Under the pieces are notes generated by a model that was not told the origin of the DNA, did no database searches, and was given only the letters and a program-made list of their open reading frames with translations. Positions 42,867 to 50,972 of a stretch of 64,000 nt of DNA are shown piece after piece (the stretch's first letter is position 1; each line of letters starts with the position of its first letter). Made by a program: the position numbers and the translations under genes. The stretch is from Gemmatimonadota bacterium. Its GTDB lineage: Bacteria; Gemmatimonadota; Gemmatimonadetes; Gemmatimonadales; GWC2-71-9. The stretch is from NCBI GenBank assembly GCA_031367105.1, contig JANLPG010000129.1, forward strand, positions 24,690 through 88,689, written 5' to 3'.

Positions 42867-44183
42867 ATGCAGGATTCCACACCTCTCGCCGCCGGCTCCG
42901 AACTCGCCGACGTCATCTTCCAGGCGATCGTCACCGCCGGCCTGGCCGGCTTCGCGCTGGTCCTCTACCGCCGCGTCCGGGAGCGGTGGCTCGCCTGGTG
43001 GGCCGCCGCGTGGGCGCTCTACTTCGTGCGCCTCACCGCGATCCTCGCCTTTCTCGCGACCGGCAAACTGACCTGGCTGTTCTGGCACCAGGTGGCCACC
43101 GGCTGGGTGGCGCTGGCGATTCTCTGGGCCGCCCTGGTCTTCTCGCGCGGACTCCCCTGGCGGCACCGCTATGCCGCGCTGGCCCTCGTGCCGCTCGTCG
43201 GGGCCGGGCTCGCCGTCGCCTTCCTCGACCAATTCCTGCTGGTCGCGATTCCGATGGTGGCGGTGATCTCGGGCGCGACGCTGTGGACCGCCTGGGTCTT
43301 CTGGCGCCACGGCCGGCAAACCGATTCCAGCGGTGCCCGATTTGTGGCGTTTGCCTTCCTCCTCTGGGGACTGCACCACCTCGACTATCCCTTTCTCCGT
43401 GCCAAGGGCGCCTGGACGCCGTGGGGATACTACCTCGACATTCTCTTCGAACTCGCCGTGGGTGTCGGTTTCGGCCTGATGGTGCTCTCCGACCTCGCCA
43501 CCCGACTGGCCGGACGCACGGACGACCTCGCTCGGCTCTCCGGACTGATGGTGCGACAGCACGAGGCGGAGCGGCGACGGCTCTCTCGCGACCTGCACGA
43601 CGAGACTGCGCAGACCCTGTCAGCGGTCAAGCTCGAGGTCGGAATGCTGCGCGAGAGCGGCGACGAGCTCGCCCGCGCGCGGTTCGACCGGATTCTCCAG
43701 CTTGTCGACAACGGCATCCGAGGCATTCGCCGCGTGATGAACGACCTCCGCCCCGCGCTGCTCGATGACCTCGGGCTCCTCCCGGCGATCCGCTCCCTGG
43801 CCCAGGATGTCCGGCAACGAAGTTCGCTGCTGATCGAGACCGACCTCCCCGACGCAATGCCGGCGCTCACCGTCGATGCCGAACTCGCGCTCTTCCGGGC
43901 GGTACAGGAGGCCCTCGCCAATACGGTGCGCCACGCGGCTGCTTCCCGCGTGTCCATCCGGATCCGGACCGACGAGGCCGGCGTCCAGATCATTGTCCGT
44001 GACGATGGTCGCGGCTTCCCTCCCGGGCGTGACCTCCTCAGCTTCGAGCGCGAAGGCCATCTCGGTCTCGCAGGAATGCGCGAGCGGATTGCCGGGCTGG
44101 GCGGCACGTTCCGGGTGGATGGCAGCGTTGGCGTGGTGGTGATGGTGTCGGCGCCGATCACCGCAGCGTCTCCCGAGTCGTGA
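42867..44183 (+). CDS. membrane sensor histidine kinase (HisKA_3 / NarX-DesK type)
   Basis: ATG at 42867. About 6 TM helices with no large periplasmic loop. The H-box is HEAERRRLSRDLHDETAQTL, and the ATPase boxes are EALANTVRHA and DDGRGF. Confidence 0.85.
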   Translation: MQDSTPLAAGSELADVIFQAIVTAGLAGFALVLYRRVRERWLAWWAAAWALYFVRLTAILAFLATGKLTWLFWHQVATGWVALAILWAALVFSRGLPWRHRYAALALVPLVGAGLAVAFLDQFLLVAIPMVAVISGATLWTAWVFWRHGRQTDSSGARFVAFAFLLWGLHHLDYPFLRAKGAWTPWGYYLDILFELAVGVGFGLMVLSDLATRLAGRTDDLARLSGLMVRQHEAERRRLSRDLHDETAQTLSAVKLEVGMLRESGDELARARFDRILQLVDNGIRGIRRVMNDLRPALLDDLGLLPAIRSLAQDVRQRSSLLIETDLPDAMPALTVDAELALFRAVQEALANTVRHAAASRVSIRIRTDEAGVQIIVRDDGRGFPPGRDLLSFEREGHLGLAGMRERIAGLGGTFRVDGSVGVVVMVSAPITAASPES

Positions 44184-44235
44184 CGACGCGCCGCGCCGCC
44201 ACGGCGGCGGCAGGAACTTTCCAGGAGTGGGAACG

Positions 44236-44895
44236 ATGACTCATCCACCGATCCGCGTCGCCGTCGTCGACGACCACGCGGTCGTCCGCGAAGGCATTCG
44301 CCGCGTCCTCGAGGGCGAGCCGGGTGTCACGGTCGTGGGCGAAGGGAAGAACGCCGAAGAGGCGCTTGCGCTGGTAGCGAGCGCACAGCCGGACGTCCTG
44401 GTGATGGATGTCGCGATGCCCGGGCGCACGGGACTCTCGGTGGCGGCAGAACTGAATCGCCGTGGGAGCCCAACCAAGGTGCTGATTCTCTCGATGTACG
44501 ACCAGCCGGAGTATGTACTCGAGAGCGTGAAGGCGGGCGCGCGAGGTTACCTGTTGAAGGATTCAGCGCCGGCGGAATTGCGTCGCGCAGTGCGCACCGT
44601 GTTCGCCGGCGAAAGTTATTTTCCGCCCGCCGTTGCCGCCCAGTTGACCGCAGCGATGCGCGCCGACGCGATGCCGCCGTCACCGCTCACGTTGCTCACG
44701 CCACGGGAGCGCGATGTGCTCGTCGGGATCACGCGCGGCGACACCAACAAGCAGATCGCTTCGCAGCTCGGCATCTCGCACCGCACCGTCGAGACGCATC
44801 GCGAATCGCTGATGGACAAGCTCGGCATCCGCACCGTGGCGGGACTGACCAAGCTGGTGATGGAGGAGGGGCGGCGGAGCGATCGTTCGTCCTGA
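44236..44895 (+). CDS. NarL/FixJ (LuxR-type HTH) response regulator
   Basis: AGGAG lies upstream of the ATG at 44236. The receiver is VAVVDDHAVVREG...VLVMDVAMPG and the LuxR HTH is LTPRERDVLVGITRGDTNKQIASQLGISHRTVETHR. Confidence 0.9.
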   Translation: MTHPPIRVAVVDDHAVVREGIRRVLEGEPGVTVVGEGKNAEEALALVASAQPDVLVMDVAMPGRTGLSVAAELNRRGSPTKVLILSMYDQPEYVLESVKAGARGYLLKDSAPAELRRAVRTVFAGESYFPPAVAAQLTAAMRADAMPPSPLTLLTPRERDVLVGITRGDTNKQIASQLGISHRTVETHRESLMDKLGIRTVAGLTKLVMEEGRRSDRSS

Positions 44896-44948
44896 CCAGC
44901 ACCATCATCCCGGTTACCCGACCGTTCCTCGTTGTCCCTGAGTCGCCA

Positions 44949-46166
44949 ATGTCGCACGCTCCGCGCACCCGGTTCTCCGCCCTCGGCCTCCTCCTCGCAC
45001 TCGGCACTGCATCGTTGCCGGCCCAGACGCGTCCGACCATCGTCCTCGACCGGGGAGCCCGGGAATTCCCGCAGACCTTCTCGAAAGTGGCGCAGCTGGT
45101 CGAGTTGCGTGACGGGCGGGCGCTCCTGCTCGACACCGGCGAATCCGCGCTGTTGCTGGTCGATATGGTGGCCAACACCTCCCGGAAGGTGTCGCGTCAG
45201 GGGGGCGGGCCGCTCGAATATCAGTCCCCTGGGCTGCTGCTCGGCGGGGTCCCGGACACGCTCCTCTACCTCGATATGATGCAGCAGCGCTTCCTGTTGC
45301 TCTCGCCAACGGCGACCCCGCTGGGGACGGCGCGGTTCGGTTCCGGCGACAGCGAACAGCGGCTCGCCGGGATGATGCCGAGCACGACCGACTCGCGGGG
45401 ACGCGTCTACGGGGTGACGACGGGCTTCTCGATGGTTGAACCCGGCGGAAAGACCCGGACGATGCCGACCATTGCCGACACCGTCGAGGTGCAGCGACTT
45501 GACCGAAAGAGCGGCAAGACGACGACGCTGACCCGCATCCGCAATGTCGCATCGCAGATGAAGCCGAAGATCGAGCCGAGCAGCACGGGCATCAAGCTGA
45601 CGATGACGGCGCCGGACGGTCAGCCGTCCGATGCCTGGGCCGCACTTCCGGATGGCCGCGTCGCCGTCCTGCGTGACGGCGTGTATCAGGTGCGCTTCGT
45701 GACCGACGCCGGGAAGGAGACGCCGGGGCCGGTCATTGCGTACGTCGCGGTCCCGATCACGCCCACGGAACGGAAGGCGATGGTCGATTCCTTGCGCGCT
45801 GCAATGGACAAGATGGTCACCGCTTCGCAGAAGTCGTTCAGCGCGGCGGCGGGCGCCAGCCGGAAGGCCCCGCCGAAGATCGAGGCCATCGTGCTGGAGC
45901 CGTCGAAATGGGCCGCAACCAAGCCAGCGTACATCTCGCTGATCAGCGCACCGGACGGCCGGCTCTGGGTGGCCCTCTCCGGTCCGACCGGCTCCCGCAC
46001 GGTGCGTTTCGACGTGCTGAGCGGCACCGGCGCGCTGCTCGCGCACATCCAGTTGGCTCCGGGTGAATCCCTAGCCGGCATCGGGCGAGGGACCGTCTAC
46101 ACGATTCGCATGGATGAGGATGACTTGCAGTACCTGAGGCGCTACCAGCTCCCGGTGCTGAAATAG
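44949..46166 (+). CDS. secreted hypothetical protein (beta-rich, possibly propeller)
   Basis: Signal peptide MSHAPRTRFSALGLLLALGTASLPAQ. 405 aa, lying downstream of the two-component system. No family recognised. Confidence 0.55.
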   Translation: MSHAPRTRFSALGLLLALGTASLPAQTRPTIVLDRGAREFPQTFSKVAQLVELRDGRALLLDTGESALLLVDMVANTSRKVSRQGGGPLEYQSPGLLLGGVPDTLLYLDMMQQRFLLLSPTATPLGTARFGSGDSEQRLAGMMPSTTDSRGRVYGVTTGFSMVEPGGKTRTMPTIADTVEVQRLDRKSGKTTTLTRIRNVASQMKPKIEPSSTGIKLTMTAPDGQPSDAWAALPDGRVAVLRDGVYQVRFVTDAGKETPGPVIAYVAVPITPTERKAMVDSLRAAMDKMVTASQKSFSAAAGASRKAPPKIEAIVLEPSKWAATKPAYISLISAPDGRLWVALSGPTGSRTVRFDVLSGTGALLAHIQLAPGESLAGIGRGTVYTIRMDEDDLQYLRRYQLPVLK

Positions 46167-46181
46167 CGCCATCCGTCGGGC

Positions 46182-47843
46182 CTAGTGACCGCCGAACACG
46201 ACCTCGCCAGCGATGATCGTCATCACGTTCTGCGTCTTGAGAATCCGGGGTTCGGGGATCACCATGATATCCGAATCCAGCACGGTGAAGTCCGCCGCCT
46301 TCCCCACCACGATCGAGCCGTGACGATCCTCCTCGAACGCCGCGAAGGCCGGATACCAGGTGAACATCTTCAGCGCCTGGGCCCGGGTAACCCGCTCTTC
46401 GGGATGCCACCCCGGCCCCGACTTCCCCTCGAGTGATTTGCGCGCGACCGCCGCATAAAACTCGATCATCGGCTCCCCGCGCTCCACCGGCGCGTCGGAT
46501 CCACCTGCCACCGGGACGCCCAGTTTCAGGAAGCTCTTCCAGGCATAGGCGCCCTTGATCCGCGCCATCCCGATCCGGCTCGGCACGAAGAAAAGATCAC
46601 CGATCGCGTGGGAGGGCTGCATCGAGGCAATCAGTCCAAGTTGCTTGAAGCGCGGCAGGTCGCTGGGAGTGATGACCTGCGAGTGCTCGATCCGCCAGCG
46701 CGGTTGCTTCACCTTGCGCTGCGCCGGCGGCACCGCCTTGAGCGCGGCGGCGTACATGTCCAGCGTGATGTGATTGCCGCGATCGCCGATGGCGTGCGTT
46801 TCCACCTGAATCCCGGCCCGCAGCGCCCGCTCCAGCATTCCCTTGACGGCGATGGTGTCGGTGGTAATCAATCCCGCGCTGTGCGGATCGTCGGAATACG
46901 GCGCCAGCATTGCGGCACCACGTGAACCCAGCGCGCCATCCATCACCACCTTGATGTCGCGCACCACGAGGCGGTCACTGAATTCCGGTGCACCCGGCCC
47001 CTGGGCGATCAGGCGATCGGCGTCGGCGCTCGGACCGGAGATCGTTTTGTAGATGCGTACCTTGATCCGGCCCTCCCGGTACAGCTTGCGCATCCGCTCC
47101 ACCTCGACCCAGCTGCCGTTTGCATCCTGCACCTGGGTCCAGCCCAGTGCGACCTCTCGCTCCGACGCCAGCTCCAGCGCTCGTTCCAGGTCGTTCTCGG
47201 TGGTGGCCGGTACGAAGCGACGCACCAGGCCCTGCGCCTTGTCGATCAGCATGCCCGTCGGCTGGTTGTCACCATCGAGATTGAGGGCGCCACCGGCCGG
47301 TGCGGCACTGGTACCGGTGATCCCGGCAATCTTCAGCGCTGCACTGTTGGCGATCGAGGCGTGGCCATCGGCACGGGTGAGCACCACGGGATTGTTCGGC
47401 GCGATCTGGTCGAGATCGTGGCGCGTCGGGAACACCGGCGGTGACCAGAAGGTCTCGATCCAGCCGCGGCCGGTCACCCACTCCCCCGGCTTGGCGCGCT
47501 TCACCGCCGCCTCAACCTTGGCGAGGAATGCCGCCTTGGTCCGGGTGCCTTCGAGGTTCAGCGTCATCTCCCGCAGACCGATCCCGGTGAAGTGCGCGTG
47601 GGCGTCGACGAATCCGGGGTAGACGAAGCGTCCCGCCAGATTTAGCGTCCGGGTCGCAGGCCCGATGAATTTCGCCACCGCCACCTCGCTCCCCACAAAC
47701 AGAATCTTCCCATCCTTGACGGCCACCGCCTGCGCCTTCGGGCGCGCGGCAGCTCCGGTGTAGACCGTCGCGTGCCGGAGTACCAGGTCTGCCGTCTGCG
47801 CGGCGAGGGGAAGCGGGAGGAGCATTAGTGCGAGGGCGCGCAT
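46182..47843 (-). CDS. secreted amidohydrolase family protein (Amidohydro_3 / YtcJ-like)
   Basis: ATG at 47843 (MRALALMLLPLPLAAQ). The metal site PGFVDAHAHF is present, and the C-terminal GSDAPVE is typical of the family. The upstream 94 codons of the track ORF are Arg-rich and overlap the next gene. Confidence 0.8.
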   Translation of the reverse strand: MRALALMLLPLPLAAQTADLVLRHATVYTGAAARPKAQAVAVKDGKILFVGSEVAVAKFIGPATRTLNLAGRFVYPGFVDAHAHFTGIGLREMTLNLEGTRTKAAFLAKVEAAVKRAKPGEWVTGRGWIETFWSPPVFPTRHDLDQIAPNNPVVLTRADGHASIANSAALKIAGITGTSAAPAGGALNLDGDNQPTGMLIDKAQGLVRRFVPATTENDLERALELASEREVALGWTQVQDANGSWVEVERMRKLYREGRIKVRIYKTISGPSADADRLIAQGPGAPEFSDRLVVRDIKVVMDGALGSRGAAMLAPYSDDPHSAGLITTDTIAVKGMLERALRAGIQVETHAIGDRGNHITLDMYAAALKAVPPAQRKVKQPRWRIEHSQVITPSDLPRFKQLGLIASMQPSHAIGDLFFVPSRIGMARIKGAYAWKSFLKLGVPVAGGSDAPVERGEPMIEFYAAVARKSLEGKSGPGWHPEERVTRAQALKMFTWYPAFAAFEEDRHGSIVVGKAADFTVLDSDIMVIPEPRILKTQNVMTIIAGEVVFGGH

Positions 47844-47925
47844 AAAGGACCCGCTGATGGAGAAGGGAGAAGGGAGAAAGCTAGTATGTCTCGCGTCTCG
47901 CGTCTTGCTTCTCCCTTGTCGGCGG

Positions 47926-48525
47926 TCAGGCCGCGGGCCGATGCTTCGGCGTCCGCGCCAGGGAGGCGTTGATCGCGACCAGGTCGACGTACTCGGGGTC
48001 GAATTCTTCCGGCAGCCAGGCGCGCATCTCCGCCGAGCGGGGATCGAGCGGTTCGGCGAGCGCGGCCAGCATCGCCCGATATCCGCTCGGGCCATCGCAG
48101 TCGTCCGGCGGTGCCGCCCGACCACCAGCCAGACAAGTCGGGAGACGCTGGCCGATCATTCGCGGCGCCACCAGTTCGAGAATCACCCGGTCGTGCCACG
48201 GCTCGCCGTGATGTTGTACGGCGTGCCGCGCCACCGCACCGGGATGCAGCTCGAGCATTTCCAGCGAGGTGTCATCCGCCTCGTGGCCCGGCTCCGGATC
48301 GTCGATCGAATCGAGGTAGCGCACGCCGTCGACCTCGAACGCGTATGCCACCTCGGCGTCACGCCCCATCGCCCGCTGGATCACGCCGTGCAATTCCTGC
48401 AGCGAGGCGCGGCCCGACACGGCGACTCGCCGCCAGACGACAGGAGTGATCCCTTCGAGTTCGATCCGGAACTGCAGCACCGCACCATCACCGAATCGAA
48501 TCCGGTAGCGCGCCGGTGCGCCCAC
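47926..48525 (-). CDS. pRiA4b ORF-3-like family protein
   Basis: The N-terminus YRIRFGDGAVLQFRIELEGITPVVWRRVAVSGRASLQELHGVIQRAMG matches the family pattern (..L.gi.P.iWRR..V....L..LH.viq.amG). The GTG start immediately follows the upstream stop (TGAGTG). Confidence 0.65.
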   Translation of the reverse strand: MGAPARYRIRFGDGAVLQFRIELEGITPVVWRRVAVSGRASLQELHGVIQRAMGRDAEVAYAFEVDGVRYLDSIDDPEPGHEADDTSLEMLELHPGAVARHAVQHHGEPWHDRVILELVAPRMIGQRLPTCLAGGRAAPPDDCDGPSGYRAMLAALAEPLDPRSAEMRAWLPEEFDPEYVDLVAINASLARTPKHRPAA

Positions 48526-48903
48526 TCAGGTGCCCTTCTTGAAGAAGAACTGGTAGAGCGCGGTATGATCCGGGTCCTCGCAGTTCGCCTCCCATCGACC
48601 GTCCCGGTTGGGGGGAGCGAAACGGCAGGCCAGACCACCATCAACGACGCCGAGGACGATCTCGAACCCGGAGGTGTAGGCGCGCTGATCAACCAGCGGT
48701 AACTCGTTCTCGCCCTTGTCGTCGGGCTGCCAGAGATGCACGACGGTCGAATCGCCCTTCTTTTCCACGAGGAGCTTGAGCGGAATGATCTGGGTCGATC
48801 CGGCGGGCGTGGCGCCCGCCGAATAGGTCCCGGGCTCCGGATACTGCGCGAGCAGCGGGAGCGGCACGGCAAGAGCGGCGAGGAGAAGCGCGGCGACACG
48901 CAT
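48526..48903 (-). CDS. small secreted hypothetical protein
   Basis: 125 aa with signal peptide MRVAALLLAALAVPLPLLAQ and two Cys. It has zero spacing to the downstream pRiA4b-like gene. Confidence 0.5.
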   Translation of the reverse strand: MRVAALLLAALAVPLPLLAQYPEPGTYSAGATPAGSTQIIPLKLLVEKKGDSTVVHLWQPDDKGENELPLVDQRAYTSGFEIVLGVVDGGLACRFAPPNRDGRWEANCEDPDHTALYQFFFKKGT

Positions 48904-48943
48904 GACACACTCCCGGGTCGAGGCGGCAGACCTCCCTAAGCTA

Positions 48944-49519
48944 TCACCCCTTGGGGCGGCGGTCCACGAGATGCGACTCGACGAACCAGAGCCACTGGTC
49001 GATCCCGCGAACGATCTCGGTCAGGATGTCGGCGCTGGCCGCGTCCTCGAGATCATCCATCTCCTCGATTCCCATCCGGACTGAACGGCCGAAGGCGGCG
49101 AGCGAGTCCGACAGCGCAGCCGAGTGTTCCTGGCCGGTGGTCAGCACCAGGGGATAGTCGATCAGGTCCGACCGCACCGCAACGATCCGGACGGTTCCTT
49201 CGGCAATGCCGCCCAGCTGCACAATGCGCTCGGCCAGCTCGTCGACATAGGCCTCGACCGACTCGTTGATCTCATCGAACAGCTTGTGCAGCGCGATGAA
49301 ATCGGGTCCCTTCACGTTCCAGTGCGCCTGCTTGCACTGCGTCTGGAGTTCGATCGATTCGGCCAGCCGCTGGTTGAGGAGTGCGATGACTTCCGTGCGG
49401 GTGGTAACCGGGAGGTCATTCTTGGTCGGATAGAGCAGCGGGGTCGAGGTCTGGGCAGAGGTGGTGCGGCGAGGAATCGCCTTCTTACCCGCGGGGACTT
49501 TCTTGCGACTGGTAGCCAT
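48944..49519 (-). CDS. dps: Dps (DNA starvation/stationary-phase protection ferritin-like protein) with Lys/Arg-rich N-terminal tail
   Basis: ATG at 49519. The ferroxidase region is QTQCKQAHWNVKGPDFIALHKLFDE...ELAERI. The N-terminal tail is MATSRKKVPAGKKAIPRR. The upstream part of the 356-aa track ORF is not Dps-like. Confidence 0.9.
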   Translation of the reverse strand: MATSRKKVPAGKKAIPRRTTSAQTSTPLLYPTKNDLPVTTRTEVIALLNQRLAESIELQTQCKQAHWNVKGPDFIALHKLFDEINESVEAYVDELAERIVQLGGIAEGTVRIVAVRSDLIDYPLVLTTGQEHSAALSDSLAAFGRSVRMGIEEMDDLEDAASADILTEIVRGIDQWLWFVESHLVDRRPKG

Positions 49520-49622
49520 TGAATGCTCCGAAAACTGAGGGAGGTGTGGCAGACGGGACGGGCGAAACCCATTCGCTTGCACACCGAACCCCTGGCCGGC
49601 TCGACCGCCTGCGATGGGGACT

Positions 49623-50972
49623 TCAAGCGGGTCCCGTATCGATCCGGAAGGGCTCCTCGAACCGCAGCGTGACCACTGGCAGGAGTACATCCGGCGGGGT
49701 ATCGGGCAGCACCACCGACAGCCTCCCGTTGACGAGCGCGACCGGCAACTCTGCGGGCCGCGGCCCGAGGAGAGTGGCCTTGACCGGGCGAGTTCGCAAG
49801 CCCGGAAGGGCGAGCGCACCCGCCTTCCAATCCAGGAGAAAGAGATGGAGGCGGGTCGGGGTCTCGGTGGTGGAGAGGAATCCCTGCGGCCTGGGAAAGC
49901 GTGACGCCGTGGTGCCGTAGATGGTCTTGCCGTGCAGGCGCATCCACACACCAATGGCCTCCAGTCGCTCCACCGCCTCCGGCGGGAAGCGACCATCGGC
50001 CATCGGACCGACATTCAGCAGAAGATTGCCCCCCTTCGATGCAGTCTCGACCAGCAGTTCCACCAGCGTGCGAGCCGACTTCCAGTTGTGGTCGCTCGCC
50101 TTGAATCCCCAGTTGTCGTTCATCGTGATGCACGACTCCCAGTCCTCGCCGGGGAGCCCGGTGACGGGGATCGTCTGCTCTGGCGTGCCGAAATCACCGA
50201 GACCGCCAGCCTTCGGCGCACCCGCGCCGTCGATCCGGTTGTTGATCAACAACTTTGGCGCCTTGGAGCGAACCTGCGCCTCGAGCGCGAGCGCCAGCTT
50301 GTGGGTCCAGGTCGCCTCCCACTGACCGTCGAACCAGAGGATGTCGATCGGTCCATAGCTGGAGAGCAACTCATCGACCTGGGTGTGCAGATAGGTCACG
50401 TAGCGGTCGAAGCGTGCGTCACCCACCGGACGCGAGGTCGCTTCCCAGTCCCGGCGCGGGAGGTAGTCGGGATGATGCCAGTCCATGATCGAGTGATACC
50501 AGCCGACTCTGATGTCACGCTTGCGGAGTGCCTGGGCGAGGTCCCGGCAGATGTCCCGCTGCGAAGGCGTCTGCTTCACGTCGAACTCACCCAGCGGTGA
50601 GTTCCAGAGGCAGAAGCCATCGTGGTGCTTGGTGGTGAGCACCGCGTATTTCATCCCGGCACGCTTGGCCAACGCGGCCCATTCATCAGGGTCGAAGGCG
50701 GCAGGGTTCCACTGTTGCAGCAGGCTGTCATACTCCTTCACCGGGATTCGGGCGTTGTTGCGGATCCATTCCGCCCAGCGCTCATCCTCTTTCCACTTCC
50801 CCGCCAAAATCGAGTAGAGGCCCCAGTGGAGGAACAACCCGAAGCGAGCCTCACGCCACCACGCCATCCGGTCTGCGCTGCCGGCCGCGGCGAGTGCGGG
50901 GCGAATGCGGTGCACCACCGGGACGGCCAGCCCCGCTGCGGTGACGAAGTCGCGCCGGGAGAGTGGGGTCAC
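49623..50972 (-). CDS. GH29 alpha-L-fucosidase with twin-arginine signal
   Basis: The leader SRRDFVTAAGLAV is followed by WWREARFGLFLHWGLYS and KYAVLTTKHHDGFCLW, which are GH29 hallmarks. Confidence 0.85.
   Translation of the reverse strand: MTPLSRRDFVTAAGLAVPVVHRIRPALAAAGSADRMAWWREARFGLFLHWGLYSILAGKWKEDERWAEWIRNNARIPVKEYDSLLQQWNPAAFDPDEWAALAKRAGMKYAVLTTKHHDGFCLWNSPLGEFDVKQTPSQRDICRDLAQALRKRDIRVGWYHSIMDWHHPDYLPRRDWEATSRPVGDARFDRYVTYLHTQVDELLSSYGPIDILWFDGQWEATWTHKLALALEAQVRSKAPKLLINNRIDGAGAPKAGGLGDFGTPEQTIPVTGLPGEDWESCITMNDNWGFKASDHNWKSARTLVELLVETASKGGNLLLNVGPMADGRFPPEAVERLEAIGVWMRLHGKTIYGTTASRFPRPQGFLSTTETPTRLHLFLLDWKAGALALPGLRTRPVKATLLGPRPAELPVALVNGRLSVVLPDTPPDVLLPVVTLRFEEPFRIDTGPA

Noticed and set aside
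47844-48125. N-terminal extensions of the amidohydrolase (to 48125), Dps (to 50014), the YhaM-like gene (from 27651), DUF885 (to 55923) and the histidine kinase (from 42708).
   Set aside because: In each case the extension overlaps a neighbouring gene, is Arg/Pro-rich, and lies upstream of an internal start that has a signal peptide, an SD sequence or the domain boundary.
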